Assembly: GCA_964513365.1 (NCBI GenBank)
Contig: CAZEMH010000002.1
Coordinates: 1-46,411 of the forward strand
Direction: 5' to 3'
Length of the DNA: 46,411 nucleotides
Source of the DNA: an uncultured Candidatus Saccharibacteria bacterium
GTDB lineage: Bacteria; Patescibacteriota; Minisyncoccia; UBA6257
The notes beneath the pieces were generated by a model. The model did no database searches, was not told the origin of the DNA, and was given only the letters and a program-made list of their open reading frames with translations. This document shows, in pieces, positions 32,737 through 42,972 of this stretch; position 1 is the first letter of the stretch; every line of letters begins with the position of its first letter. A program made the position numbers and the translations under genes.

Positions 32737-33778
32737 AACAACTCAAAATATAGATATTTCCTGGCAAAGTATTCTACGGCTCTATATTATCTTATTAGCT
32801 TTTATCGCGGCTTGGTATTTTCGGCAGGTTATTTTCATAATTCTACTTGGTTTTATTGTGGCTTCGCTTTTGGATAGGCCGATAGATTATTTCGAAGAAA
32901 AATGGAAAAATCGCTGGCTATCAACTTTTATCATTTATTTTATTTTTTTAAGTGTATTAGGATTGATTGCTTATTTATTTATTCCGGTTTTTAATAATTA
33001 TATAGTTGGGTTTTTGGATTTTTTCCCGTCATGGATGGATAAAGGAACTTTTCTTCAGCTATGGCAAGGATGGCAATCTGTAGAGTTTCCAATACAAAAT
33101 TGGCTAAGTTTATTAGGTATTTCTCAAGGTCAACTATCAGAATTTTTGCTTCAGTCTGGTAATTTACTCACGAAGATTTTAGGAGGAGCTTTTTCTGCTT
33201 TTTTTGTTCTTCTTCTGTCTTTTTTCATTAATACAGAAAAAAAAGGAATAGAGAAAGCAATTCGTTTAATTTTCCCAAATGTTTATGAAGATTATGCAGT
33301 CTATCTTTGGGGGAAAACACGTCGCAAAGTCGGAAGTTGGTTTTTTAGCCAATTAATTCTTAGTTGTATAGTTGGGGTATTAGTTTTTATTAGTTTAAAA
33401 ATTTTAGGAGTTCCTCAGGCTGAATTTTTAGCGATATTAGCAGCTTTATTTGATTTTATTCCATATGTAGGTCCTTTAATTATTGGTTTCATAGCGTTTT
33501 TAGTTGGAATAAGTCAAAGCTTATTCCTGGGTATTTCAATACTAATTATTTTTATTGTTATTCAAGCTATTGAAGGTTTTATTAGTCCTGTATTGCGAGC
33601 GAAAACAATGAAGTTAAATCCTTTAGTAATTATTTTAGCTGTCTTGATAGGAGGAAAATTAGCTGGAGTGGCCGGAATTATTATTGCTTTGCCATTGGCA
33701 GCGGCTGCAATCGAATTGATTAGAGATATCCAGACAGGTCGTATTACTGCTTATTTGCCACAGAAAAAACTTCTGTAA
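32729..33778 (+). CDS. AI-2E family transporter (PerM/UPF0118)
   Basis: 349 aa with about 8 TM segments and the conserved FIPYVGP motif (DFIPYVGPLI). Confidence 0.8.
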   Translation: MFKTTQNIDISWQSILRLYIILLAFIAAWYFRQVIFIILLGFIVASLLDRPIDYFEEKWKNRWLSTFIIYFIFLSVLGLIAYLFIPVFNNYIVGFLDFFPSWMDKGTFLQLWQGWQSVEFPIQNWLSLLGISQGQLSEFLLQSGNLLTKILGGAFSAFFVLLLSFFINTEKKGIEKAIRLIFPNVYEDYAVYLWGKTRRKVGSWFFSQLILSCIVGVLVFISLKILGVPQAEFLAILAALFDFIPYVGPLIIGFIAFLVGISQSLFLGISILIIFIVIQAIEGFISPVLRAKTMKLNPLVIILAVLIGGKLAGVAGIIIALPLAAAAIELIRDIQTGRITAYLPQKKLL

Positions 33779-33804
33779 AAATAATCCAATCATATTTGTA
33801 AAAT

Positions 33805-33815
33805 AGCCCCATCGT
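33805..33815 (+). repeat. 11-mer AGCCCCATCGT immediately upstream of a LAGLIDADG ORF (copy 2)
   Basis: Identical to 17127-17137. It ends 2 nt before the ATG at 33818. Confidence 0.8.
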
Positions 33816-33817
33816 AT

Positions 33818-34834
33818 ATGAAAAGTATTTTAATATCAAAAGTTGATTTAAAAGATTTATATTTAAATAAAAAACTCACTACTTATGATATAGCCGAATT
33901 CTATAATTGTTCTCAGGGAACAATATGGAAGAGATTGAAAAGATTTAATATAAAAACGAGATCTTCTTGGAATAAGGTTAATCTTTCTAAGAAAAAACTG
34001 AGGGATTTATATACTAAAGATAAATTATCTACTTGGCAGATAGAAAAGATTCTGAAAATATCCAGGAGCACAATCTATAGAAAACTTATTGAATACAATA
34101 TTCAAATAAGAAATCTGGCGCAATCTCATATTATTTATCCACGAAAGAATTTTAATGGGAATAACACAAAAAAAGCTTATCTTGTTGGTTTCGCAATTGG
34201 GGATTTAAGAGTAAGAAAAGTATATAAAAATAGTGAAACAATTCACATTGATTGTAGCTCTACTAAGAAAGAACAGATAAAACTTATATCAGATTTATTT
34301 AAATCTTACGGAAGAGTTTGGATTAGTAAACCCAATAGAATAAAGGCCGTCCAAATAGAGTGTTCTGTTAATGATTCTTTCAGTTTTTTGTTAGAAAAGA
34401 GAAAATCTTTAGATGGTTGGATTTTAAATAATAAAAGATATTTCTTTTCTTTTTTAGCAGGTTTTACTGATGCTGAAGGATGTATTTCAGTGACATCAAG
34501 AGGACAAGCTTTCTATTCTTTAGGAAATTATAATGATAAACTCCTAAAACAAATAAGAGGCAGACTTATCCGATGGGGAATAGAAGTACCGAGGATGACT
34601 GAAAGCCGAACGCATTTAGGGTATACTACTAAGGAGGGCTATACAATTAATCATATTTATTGGATATTACATATCAATAAAAAACAATTTCTTCTGTTAT
34701 TATTTAATTTAATAAGCCCATATCTTAAGCATTCTGCAAAAATTCGGGGGTTATTAAAAGCTCAAAAAAATATCAAAGAAAGAAATAAAAAATTCTTTAA
34801 TTTAAAACAAAACATAAATAAACGTAATTCCTAA
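33818..34834 (+). CDS. Free-standing LAGLIDADG homing endonuclease with two N-terminal helix-turn-helix repeats
   Basis: Tandem HTH-like repeats (LYLNKKLTTYDIAEFYNCSQGTIWKRLKRFNI / LYTKDKLSTWQIEKILKISRSTIYRKLIEYNI), then LAGLIDADG motifs (KAYLVGFAIGDL and FFSFLAGFTDAEGCI). Confidence 0.75.
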   Translation: MKSILISKVDLKDLYLNKKLTTYDIAEFYNCSQGTIWKRLKRFNIKTRSSWNKVNLSKKKLRDLYTKDKLSTWQIEKILKISRSTIYRKLIEYNIQIRNLAQSHIIYPRKNFNGNNTKKAYLVGFAIGDLRVRKVYKNSETIHIDCSSTKKEQIKLISDLFKSYGRVWISKPNRIKAVQIECSVNDSFSFLLEKRKSLDGWILNNKRYFFSFLAGFTDAEGCISVTSRGQAFYSLGNYNDKLLKQIRGRLIRWGIEVPRMTESRTHLGYTTKEGYTINHIYWILHINKKQFLLLLFNLISPYLKHSAKIRGLLKAQKNIKERNKKFFNLKQNINKRNS

Positions 34835-34847
34835 AAACAAACTTTTC

Positions 34848-36326
34848 ATGTCTAAACCTTACATTTATATTTCCACTGCTATTGATTATCCTTCTAATAG
34901 GCCACATCTCGGGCATGCTTTAGAAAAAATTCAAGCTGATGCTTTGGCGCGTTACTTTAGATTTCAGAAAAAAGAAGTATATTTTAGTACTGGAACCGAT
35001 GAACATGGTTTGAAGATTCAAAAGAGCGCAGAAAAAGTAAAAAAAACACCTCAGCAATTTATTGATGAAATGAGTGGCTATTTTAAGAATCTAGATGAAT
35101 CTTTGAATATTTCTTACGATGATTTTATTAGAACATCTGAATCACGACATATAAAAGTAGTAGAAGAGATAATTAAGAAAATCTATCAAAAAGGAGATAT
35201 TTACAAAGGTAAATATAAAGGTCTTTATTGCGTAGAATGTGAAACTTATTATTTACCAAAAGACACTTTGGATGGAAAGTGTCCCATTCATCATTTACCA
35301 TTAGAACAAGTTGAGGAAGAAACATATTTTTTTAAGATGAGTAAATACCAAGAGAAAATATTAAAATATATTCAAAGGAAACCCAACTTTATTATTCCAG
35401 AAAACAGAAAGAAGGAAATTCTTAATCGCCTTTCTGAACCTATCCAGGATTTAAGTATTTCTCGTAGAAATGTTAAATGGGGTATTCCTTTACCTTGGGA
35501 CAAAGAATTTACTTTGTTTGTTTGGATAGATGCTTTAATTAATTATTTATCCACTTTAGATTATCCAAAAGAGAAATTTAGAAAATTTTGGTCGGATCAA
35601 AATGAAATTTACCATATAATCGGAAAAGATATTATTTGGCATCACAGTGTTATTTGGAGCAGTTTATTGCTTTCAGCTGGTTTGCCTCTGCCTAAAACTA
35701 TTTTTGTTCATGGTTTTATTACTGTTGAGGGAGAAAAAATGTCAAAATCTTTAGGAAATATTATTAATCCTGTAGAGTTAGTTGAAAAATATAGCGCTGA
35801 TGTAGTGCGTTATTTTCTTCTTCGGGAGTTTTCTCCCTTTGAAGATGGTGATTTTTCCGAGACTAGATTAAAAGAACGTTATAATAGCGATTTAGCGCAA
35901 GGTTTAGGTAATTTACTTTCACGAGTTTTAGCTTTAGGGGAACAGTACGGAAAACAGATATTGGTTCAATGTTTGGATACTGATTTGGTTACTAAATCTT
36001 GGAGCGGTTATAAAAAACAGATGGAAGAATTTTGTTTTAATGACGCTTTAGCAACTATTTGGAGTTTAATTTCTTATTGCGATAAATATATCAGCGATAC
36101 AAAACCATGGGAAAAAATAAGCGATAAAAAAGAATTTGAAAAGATTTTAGGTGAATTAATATATATATTAGGAAATATTTCTTTAATGCTTTCTCCGATA
36201 ATGCCTGAAACATCTAAAAAAATACTTGAATTTCTTAAACTACAAAATATATCAAAAGAAAGCTGGTTGTCACAAAAAGTTTTACTTAAAAAACAATCGC
36301 CTCTATTTCCAAAAAAAGAATCATAA
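34848..36326 (+). CDS. metG: Methionyl-tRNA synthetase (short form, no C-terminal tRNA-binding domain)
   Basis: HLGH (PHLGHALE), zinc knuckle CVECETYY...CPIH, and KMSKS (KMSKSLGN). Confidence 0.9.
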   Translation: MSKPYIYISTAIDYPSNRPHLGHALEKIQADALARYFRFQKKEVYFSTGTDEHGLKIQKSAEKVKKTPQQFIDEMSGYFKNLDESLNISYDDFIRTSESRHIKVVEEIIKKIYQKGDIYKGKYKGLYCVECETYYLPKDTLDGKCPIHHLPLEQVEEETYFFKMSKYQEKILKYIQRKPNFIIPENRKKEILNRLSEPIQDLSISRRNVKWGIPLPWDKEFTLFVWIDALINYLSTLDYPKEKFRKFWSDQNEIYHIIGKDIIWHHSVIWSSLLLSAGLPLPKTIFVHGFITVEGEKMSKSLGNIINPVELVEKYSADVVRYFLLREFSPFEDGDFSETRLKERYNSDLAQGLGNLLSRVLALGEQYGKQILVQCLDTDLVTKSWSGYKKQMEEFCFNDALATIWSLISYCDKYISDTKPWEKISDKKEFEKILGELIYILGNISLMLSPIMPETSKKILEFLKLQNISKESWLSQKVLLKKQSPLFPKKES

Positions 36327-36334
36327 AGTTAATT

Positions 36335-37168
36335 ATGTTTTTTGACTCCCATACGCATTTAAATTTAGCTGCTTTTGACGAAGATAGAGAAGAAATAATA
36401 AAAAAGACTCTGGAACAGGGTGTTTTTATGATTAATGTAGGAACTTGTTATGAAACTTCCAAAAAAGCAGTAGAAATTGCTCAACAATATGAAAATTGTT
36501 GGGCTACTGTAGGTTTACATCCTAGCCATACAATACCAACGAAAATAGACAAAAATGAATTAGCAATAAATACCAATGGGAATGTATCTGAAGCAGAAAC
36601 CTTTAATGAAAAATTTGAGCTACTTTTAAAAGAATCAAAAGTAATAGCCATTGGTGAGTGCGGGCTGGATTATAGTTATTTGAAAGATTTTTCTGAAAAG
36701 GACCGAATAAAATATAAAAAAACCCAAGAAGAAGAATTTAGAAAACAAATTCAGATAGCAAAAAAATATAATTTACCTTTATCTCTTCATATACGCGATT
36801 TATATGAAAAAGCTCTAATAATTCTAGAAGAAGAAAAATATAAAGGAGAGGCAGTATTTCATTTTTTTACTGGTAATATAACTCAGGCGCAAAAAATATT
36901 AGAAAAAGGATTTTATTTGGGTTTTTCAGGCATCATTACATATTCAGAAACAATGAACGATATTATTAAAGCTGTGCCGCTTGAAAAGATATTAATTGAA
37001 ACAGACGCTCCTTATGTAGCGCCAGTTCCTTATAGAGGTGATAGAAATGAGCCAATTTATGTAAAGGAAGTAGCTAAAAAGATTGCTGAGATAAAAAAAC
37101 TTCCTCTAAAAGAAATAGAGGAAGCTACGTTTAATAATGCTCTGCGTTTGTTTAGAATTAAATTTTAA
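36335..37168 (+). CDS. tatD: TatD-family metal-dependent hydrolase/DNase
   Basis: N-terminal FDSHTHL, internal GECGLDY, LSLHIRD, and C-terminal ETDAPY motifs. Confidence 0.85.
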   Translation: MFFDSHTHLNLAAFDEDREEIIKKTLEQGVFMINVGTCYETSKKAVEIAQQYENCWATVGLHPSHTIPTKIDKNELAINTNGNVSEAETFNEKFELLLKESKVIAIGECGLDYSYLKDFSEKDRIKYKKTQEEEFRKQIQIAKKYNLPLSLHIRDLYEKALIILEEEKYKGEAVFHFFTGNITQAQKILEKGFYLGFSGIITYSETMNDIIKAVPLEKILIETDAPYVAPVPYRGDRNEPIYVKEVAKKIAEIKKLPLKEIEEATFNNALRLFRIKF

Positions 37169-37177
37169 ATTATTATT

Positions 37178-38881
37178 TTAGATCTCGATAACAATTGGCA
37201 ACACCATTGGTCGGCGTTGTGTTTTTTTAAACAGGAATAAACCAATCTGCTCTTTTAAATTGTTACAGATATAACTTTCGTTAAATGTATTTCCACTAGT
37301 GGAATGGCTAACAACTTCTCTAACCAGTTTTTTAACATGATTTATTAATTCTTTTGATTCTTTCATGTATACAAATCCTTGAGAGATAATTTCTGGATTG
37401 TTGTGAAGTAAACCCGTTTTTCTATCAACTAAAGCAATAACAATAAATATTCCATCTTTAGAAAGGGTCTGTCTTGCTCGAAGCACTACTTCTTTTATAT
37501 CTCCTACTCCTAATCCGTCAACCATTATATAGTTTGTTGGAACGAATTTTTCAGTGGCAGTTATTTTATTTTTTGTTAATTCAATTATTTGGCCATTTGT
37601 TCCTGTTACAATATTTTGTTTGCTAATGCCTAAAGATTCTGCTACTTCGCTATGAAGTTTTAACATAGAAAAATGACCATGAATAGGCATAAAGAAACGC
37701 GGTTTTGTAAGATTAATCATCATTTTTGAATCATCTTGATAGCCATGCCCAGAAGCATGAATATCAACCATTTTATAATGGTAGATACTAGCGCCTTGTT
37801 TTGCTAAATTGTCTTTTAAGTTTTGAACAGCCAATTCATTTCCTGGAACGACAGAAGAAGAAAAGATCACAGTATCTCCTTTTTGTATTCTTAAATACTT
37901 GTGCTCTTTATTTACTATTCTCATCAGAGTGGCTTCATTTTCACCTTGCGCGCCAGTACATAATATTGTTAATTTTTGTGGATTAAGCCGATTTGCTTCT
38001 TTCCAATTGATTATAGTTCCTTTCTTAACACTTATATATTTTAATTTCTCCGCAATAGCTAAATTAGTTCTCATGGCATAACCTTGAATAACGATTTTGC
38101 GATTATATTTTTCTGATAACCAGATAGCTTGCTGAAGCCTGTTAATTAATGAAGCAAATGTGGCTAATATAATCCTTCCTTTTGTTTGCGCAAAAAGAGT
38201 GTCTAAATTATCCATTATGGTTTTTTCAGAAATAGAATGTCCTGGATTTTCTATTCCAGTTGAGTCAGACATTAGAAGTTGTACGCCTTGTGATGCGAGT
38301 ATGGCAATTCGTGATAAATCTGCTGGTTTATCACCGATAGGCTGAAAATCAAACTTAAAATCAGTTGCATACATGATTAATCCATGCGGTGTATTAATAG
38401 CTAATCCTAAAGTATCAGGTATATTGTGGTTTAAATGAAACGGAGAAATTTTAAAGGGACCCAATGTTGTAAATTTATTTGGACTTATATTCTCAATATT
38501 TAATTTATTTAAATTAGGAAAATCTTCTTGTCTTTTTAGAATTATGCCACGGCTTAAAGGGGGAGCATAAATAGTTGGATAATTTAATTTATCAATTAGA
38601 TAGGGTATAGCCCCAATATGGTCATAGTGGGCATGAGTAATGAAAACTCCTAATATTTTTTTCTCAGGATGGCTAGTCAGATATTCGATATTAGGAATAA
38701 TGAAATCAATACCAGGCATATCTTCATCAGGAAATTGTAGCCCCATATCAACAATCAGGATTTGGTTATCATATTCAAAAAGAGTCATATTGCGTCCAAT
38801 TTCCTCTAGCCCGCCTAACGGAATAATTTTTAATGGATTAGAGAGTGTTTTTGTTCTTTTGTAAAATTTTTTGCGTTTCAT
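37178..38881 (-). CDS. rnj: Ribonuclease J
   Basis: Metallo-beta-lactamase motif THAHYDHIG, beta-CASP region, C-terminal domain, 567 aa. Confidence 0.9.
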   Translation of the reverse strand: MKRKKFYKRTKTLSNPLKIIPLGGLEEIGRNMTLFEYDNQILIVDMGLQFPDEDMPGIDFIIPNIEYLTSHPEKKILGVFITHAHYDHIGAIPYLIDKLNYPTIYAPPLSRGIILKRQEDFPNLNKLNIENISPNKFTTLGPFKISPFHLNHNIPDTLGLAINTPHGLIMYATDFKFDFQPIGDKPADLSRIAILASQGVQLLMSDSTGIENPGHSISEKTIMDNLDTLFAQTKGRIILATFASLINRLQQAIWLSEKYNRKIVIQGYAMRTNLAIAEKLKYISVKKGTIINWKEANRLNPQKLTILCTGAQGENEATLMRIVNKEHKYLRIQKGDTVIFSSSVVPGNELAVQNLKDNLAKQGASIYHYKMVDIHASGHGYQDDSKMMINLTKPRFFMPIHGHFSMLKLHSEVAESLGISKQNIVTGTNGQIIELTKNKITATEKFVPTNYIMVDGLGVGDIKEVVLRARQTLSKDGIFIVIALVDRKTGLLHNNPEIISQGFVYMKESKELINHVKKLVREVVSHSTSGNTFNESYICNNLKEQIGLFLFKKTQRRPMVLPIVIEI

Positions 38882-38904
38882 TTTTTTATTTTTTTTATTT
38901 TATG

Positions 38905-38990
38905 TGCCGCAGGTGGGATTTGAACCCACATCCCAAAAACTAGGGACACGGTTCTGAACCGTGCGCGTCTACCAATTCCGCCACCGCGGC
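38905..38990 (-). tRNA. tRNA-Leu(CAG), type II
   Basis: Acceptor GCCGCGG/CTGCGGC (one G-T), anticodon stem CACGG/CCGTG, loop TTCAGAA, 17-nt variable arm, T arm GTGGG-TTCAAAT-CCCAC, A73. No CCA. Confidence 0.85.
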
Positions 38991-38997
38991 AAATTCA

Positions 38998-40650
38998 TTA
39001 TTTTTTATTTATAATTGTACGTTTCGTGTATATATACCAATTTTCAATATCAGTAAATCTTTCTGATGGAATATTGGCATATTGAGTGTTATTTCCCTTA
39101 ACTTTTTGCGGGAGGATATAAAGATAAAATGGGTTATAAAGGAAAAGAGCTGGCTTATCTTCAAAGAACATCTCCTGAATCATTTTCATATCATTTATTC
39201 GCTGTTCTTCATTAAAATCTTGTCGCATTCTTTCTATAAGCTCATCTAAATCTTTGCTTTGATAAGCGGAGAGATTAAGGCCAGGATCAGTTACTTGAGA
39301 AGAATGCCAAAAAGAGAACAGGTCAGGATCTTGTCCAATGATTTCTCCAAAAAGTAATGCATCATAAGATCGAGTTTGGATTATTTCTTTTTCAAGAGTA
39401 GCTAATGGAAGTATTTGTAATTCTACAGAAATTCCTATTTCTTCCCAGTAAGTTGCTAAATAATTAGCCACTCTAATTAGTTCAAAATTATCAGGAAGAG
39501 AAAGGATAAATTTTCTTTGATCTTCATCTAACTGTTCAATAATCTTTTTTGCTTTTTCTGGCGAATATTCTGGTGAAAGATTAAATTCCTCTCCTAGAAA
39601 TCCCGTAGTAAAAGGTCCTCCCAAAAGAAAAGCTTGGTTTTTTAATATTTCCGTGATTAATTCTTGACGTGGTATTGCTAAATCCAATGCTTTACGAATT
39701 TCTTTTTGGCTGAATAAAGATTTTTTTGAATTTAAAAATACTGCATAATAACGAGGAAGAAACAAGGAAGCAATTTGGATATTTTTTTTGTTTTTAAAAA
39801 AATCTACATCTTCAATTAGTATAGGAGAAAGACCATCAACCTCTTTTTTTAATAATCCGCTTTTAGCCAAATCATAATTATCATAAGAGCGGAAAATTAA
39901 TTTAGAAATAAATGGTTCTTTTTGGAAATAGTTTTCATTAGCTGCTAAAGAGTAACTAATTATTTTTCCTGCTTTGTTTTTTTCTAAACTATCAAAAAGA
40001 TATGGCCCTGTTCCAATTGGTTTAAGGTTGTAATCAGCTGATAGAAAATTTCTTGATTCAATATTTTCCCAAATATGTTTTGGAAGTATCTTTAATGTAA
40101 GATTTTGCAGGAAAGGCTGGTAAGGATTTTTAAGATTAAAACGCACAACATGAGTCCCGAGTTTTTCTACAATAACTCCTCCCCAATTTAATCTTAAAGG
40201 ACTTCTTATTCTTGGGTCTTGAATTGTTTCAATTGTAAAGATTACATCATCTGCTGTAAAAGCCATTCCATCATGCCAATAAACATTATCTTTAAGAAAA
40301 ACGATGTATGTCCTGCCATCTTCACTAATTTCTGTTTTTTCTGCTAAGCTGGTAATTAATTTTCCTTGTCCGTCAATTGAATAAAGGCCATCATAAATTA
40401 ATTCTATCAGGTCTTTGTCATAATCATTAGATTGAGCTAAAACCGGATTGATATAAGATGGACGGCCAATAACGCCTAAACGTAAAACTCCTCCTTTTTG
40501 TGGTTCAAGCGTAGTAAATCTGCAGACAAAATTAAAGATTAAAAGAAAAATGCCGGCAAGTAAGAGAAACAAAAACAAGAAGCTGAGAGCTTTTTCTTTT
40601 GATGGTAATTTTAACCACTTTCTAAACAAAGAATTAAAAATGGTTTTCAT
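38998..40650 (-). CDS. Membrane-anchored ABC-transporter substrate-binding protein, family 5 (peptide/nickel type)
   Basis: N-terminal TM anchor. Overall length and patterns (RLGV...INP, YWHDG..FTADDV, LKPIGTGPY) match SBP family 5. Confidence 0.7.
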   Translation of the reverse strand: MKTIFNSLFRKWLKLPSKEKALSFLFLFLLLAGIFLLIFNFVCRFTTLEPQKGGVLRLGVIGRPSYINPVLAQSNDYDKDLIELIYDGLYSIDGQGKLITSLAEKTEISEDGRTYIVFLKDNVYWHDGMAFTADDVIFTIETIQDPRIRSPLRLNWGGVIVEKLGTHVVRFNLKNPYQPFLQNLTLKILPKHIWENIESRNFLSADYNLKPIGTGPYLFDSLEKNKAGKIISYSLAANENYFQKEPFISKLIFRSYDNYDLAKSGLLKKEVDGLSPILIEDVDFFKNKKNIQIASLFLPRYYAVFLNSKKSLFSQKEIRKALDLAIPRQELITEILKNQAFLLGGPFTTGFLGEEFNLSPEYSPEKAKKIIEQLDEDQRKFILSLPDNFELIRVANYLATYWEEIGISVELQILPLATLEKEIIQTRSYDALLFGEIIGQDPDLFSFWHSSQVTDPGLNLSAYQSKDLDELIERMRQDFNEEQRINDMKMIQEMFFEDKPALFLYNPFYLYILPQKVKGNNTQYANIPSERFTDIENWYIYTKRTIINKK

Positions 40651-40671
40651 TAAAATAAATAAACGAAAAAA

Positions 40672-40890
40672 TTAAATCAGGAATGAAATTACTGAGAGAG
40701 CAATAAATAAACCCCCTAATATAATCGTGAATATGAAAATTGTTTTTTCTAAGCCTCTTCGGCTGCCATAAAATTGAGATGATATTCCTCCTAATACTCC
40801 CATGCCTCCGCCACGCTGTTGTAAAAGCACAAGCGCTATAAGAATGACGCCGATAACAATTTGAGCAATAGCTAAATTAAATTGATTCAT
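40672..40890 (-). CDS. secG: Preprotein translocase subunit SecG
   Basis: 72 aa with two TM segments and the central LLQ..RGGG.G..GG motif. Confidence 0.8.
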   Translation of the reverse strand: MNQFNLAIAQIVIGVILIALVLLQQRGGGMGVLGGISSQFYGSRRGLEKTIFIFTIILGGLFIALSVISFLI

Positions 40891-40895
40891 AGTTA

Positions 40896-41246
40896 TTATT
40901 TAATCTTATATGAAAAAGAATTAAAGATACTGATTATAACCGATGCAGCAAACCAAGTAAAATAACTTTCTATTATTAATACTGGCATTAAAATAGAAGC
41001 TGTTTTTAAAAGAATAATGTTAATAACTAAAGCAAAAATACCAAAAGTTATCCAAATAAGCGGGAGGAAAAGAAATCGCAGTATAGGCTTTATTAATAAA
41101 TTAAGAAGCGACAGAATGAAAGCAAAAATAATTAGCTGCTCTAATGTCCCATTAAAATGAAAATCATTAAATAAATAGCCTAATAGCCTAATGGCAATTA
41201 TATTAAGAATAATGCCAAAAAAAAGTTTCTTTAAAAGACGTATCAT
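40896..41246 (-). CDS. 4-TM membrane protein of the DUF360 / phage-holin-4-like family
   Basis: 116 aa with four hydrophobic segments; the pattern ...LLNLLIKPILRFLFLPLIWITFGIF.LVIN... is typical of YvlD/DUF360. Confidence 0.5.
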   Translation of the reverse strand: MIRLLKKLFFGIILNIIAIRLLGYLFNDFHFNGTLEQLIIFAFILSLLNLLIKPILRFLFLPLIWITFGIFALVINIILLKTASILMPVLIIESYFTWFAASVIISIFNSFSYKIK

Positions 41247-41281
41247 TAATATAAATATTATATGTTAATAAAGGGAAAAAG

Positions 41282-42889
41282 TCAAAAGTTTTTAGTAGGT
41301 AATTGAAGTAATGGAATTAAACTTTGCCCTGTCATTTCTGGAGGAATTGGCATGCCGAATAATTCTAGGATTGTAGGAGAAACATCAGCAAGCATACCCC
41401 CAGCCCATTTTTCTATTTCTAAAATTTCTTTTATCGAGCGAGGAGTAGAAAATTTCCATCTTTTATCAACTAGATAGAACGGAACAAGGCTTGCATCATG
41501 TTCTGTTTCTATTTCGCCTGTTAAGGGATTCATCATTCTTTCTAAATTACCATGATCAGCAGTGATGATAACTGTGTAATTTGATTCTTGGCTTTTTTTT
41601 ATTATCTTTGCTATTTCTTTATCAATAATTTTAGCACATTCAATTCCTGCCTTCATATTCCCAGTATGGCCTATTAAATCAGGACTAGCATAGTTGACTA
41701 ATATAAAATCATAGATATTTTCATCAAAAGCTTGAAAAAGACGGGTAGTAATTTCTGGTGTTCTTAATTCTGGGTAATCTTCAATATGCAATGTTTTTAT
41801 AGATGGAATAATGACCCAATATTCTCCAGGAAATGGTTTTTCTTTTAATCCATTGAAAAAATAAGTAACATGGGCGTATTTTTCAGTTTCTGCTAAATGC
41901 AGTTGCCGTTTTCCACCTGAAGAAAGTATTTGAGATAGGCAAGCAGAGATTTTTTGTGGAGGAAATGCTACAGGAAGAAGAAAATCTTTTTTGTACTGAG
42001 TAAATGTGGCTATTTTTAATTCCTTAAAGTTTTTTACAGGAAATTTGTCAAATTGAGGATTAACAAAAGTTTCTACTAATTGTCTCATTCTTTCTTCGCG
42101 GAAATTAAAGAAAACAATACCATCCTGTTCTTTTATAATCTCTGAAGATTCTTGCTGGTTTGGATTGCCAATTAAAATTGGAACAATAAATTCATCAGTA
42201 ATGCCTTCTTTATAAGATTGTTCTAGATATACAAGAGGATCCTTTACTGTCTTACATTTACCAAAAACTAAAGCATTGTAGCATTTAGCTGTTCTGTTAA
42301 AATTATTATCTCTATCCATGGCGTAAAAACGTCCTGATAAACTAGCAATTCTGCCACGCCCTCGTATTTTCAAATCTTCTTGTAATTGAATTATTAACTC
42401 TTTTGCTTTTGTCGGAGATGAATCTCGTCCGTCAGTAAAAAGATGAAGATTAATTTTTTCTATTTTTAAGGAATTAGCTAAATCTAAAAGAGCCATGAGG
42501 TGTTTATAAGAACTATGAACAATATTATCACTAAGCAAACCTGCTAGATGTAATGTGCTGTTATTTTTTTTAACATGATTATAAATTTCTAATAAAGCAG
42601 GATTTTGGAAAAAAGATCCATTTTGTATGCTTTGTGAAATACGAACAGAGTATTGATATAAAATCTGGCCAGTGCCTAAAGTTAAATGGCCCACTTCACT
42701 GTTTCCAGCTTTGTTAAATGGTAATCCTACTGCAATGCCTGATGCTTGTAAGCTGATCATAGGATAATATTTTTTAATCCAATCAATATTTGGGGTACCA
42801 GCTCTATGAATAGCATTTGAAAAATCTTTTTTCCCTATTCCCCAACCATCTAAAATTATTAAACAAATTTTTGAACAGAAACGAGGCAT
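41282..42889 (-). CDS. gpmI: 2,3-bisphosphoglycerate-independent phosphoglycerate mutase
   Basis: LIILDGWG, NSEVGHLTLGTG, ADHGN and related motifs; 535 aa. Confidence 0.9.
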   Translation of the reverse strand: MPRFCSKICLIILDGWGIGKKDFSNAIHRAGTPNIDWIKKYYPMISLQASGIAVGLPFNKAGNSEVGHLTLGTGQILYQYSVRISQSIQNGSFFQNPALLEIYNHVKKNNSTLHLAGLLSDNIVHSSYKHLMALLDLANSLKIEKINLHLFTDGRDSSPTKAKELIIQLQEDLKIRGRGRIASLSGRFYAMDRDNNFNRTAKCYNALVFGKCKTVKDPLVYLEQSYKEGITDEFIVPILIGNPNQQESSEIIKEQDGIVFFNFREERMRQLVETFVNPQFDKFPVKNFKELKIATFTQYKKDFLLPVAFPPQKISACLSQILSSGGKRQLHLAETEKYAHVTYFFNGLKEKPFPGEYWVIIPSIKTLHIEDYPELRTPEITTRLFQAFDENIYDFILVNYASPDLIGHTGNMKAGIECAKIIDKEIAKIIKKSQESNYTVIITADHGNLERMMNPLTGEIETEHDASLVPFYLVDKRWKFSTPRSIKEILEIEKWAGGMLADVSPTILELFGMPIPPEMTGQSLIPLLQLPTKNF

Positions 42890-42942
42890 ATAATAATCGA
42901 ATAATTTAAAATTTGTTTATAGTATATCTTATTTCTTTTTCT

Positions 42943-42972
42943 TTGACAAAGGGGATAGTTTTTTGTTATTAT
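42943..42972 (+). promoter_or_regulatory. Candidate promoter for rny with a long leader
   Basis: TTGACA (42943-42948), 18-nt spacer ending in TGt, TATTAT (42967-42972). The rny ATG is at 43155. Confidence 0.4.

Noticed and set aside
40896-41246. Holin-like (DUF360) gene as evidence of a prophage.
   Set aside because: No phage structural, integrase, lysin or terminase genes are nearby. It sits between gpmI and secG in a housekeeping context, and DUF360 proteins are common chromosomal membrane proteins.
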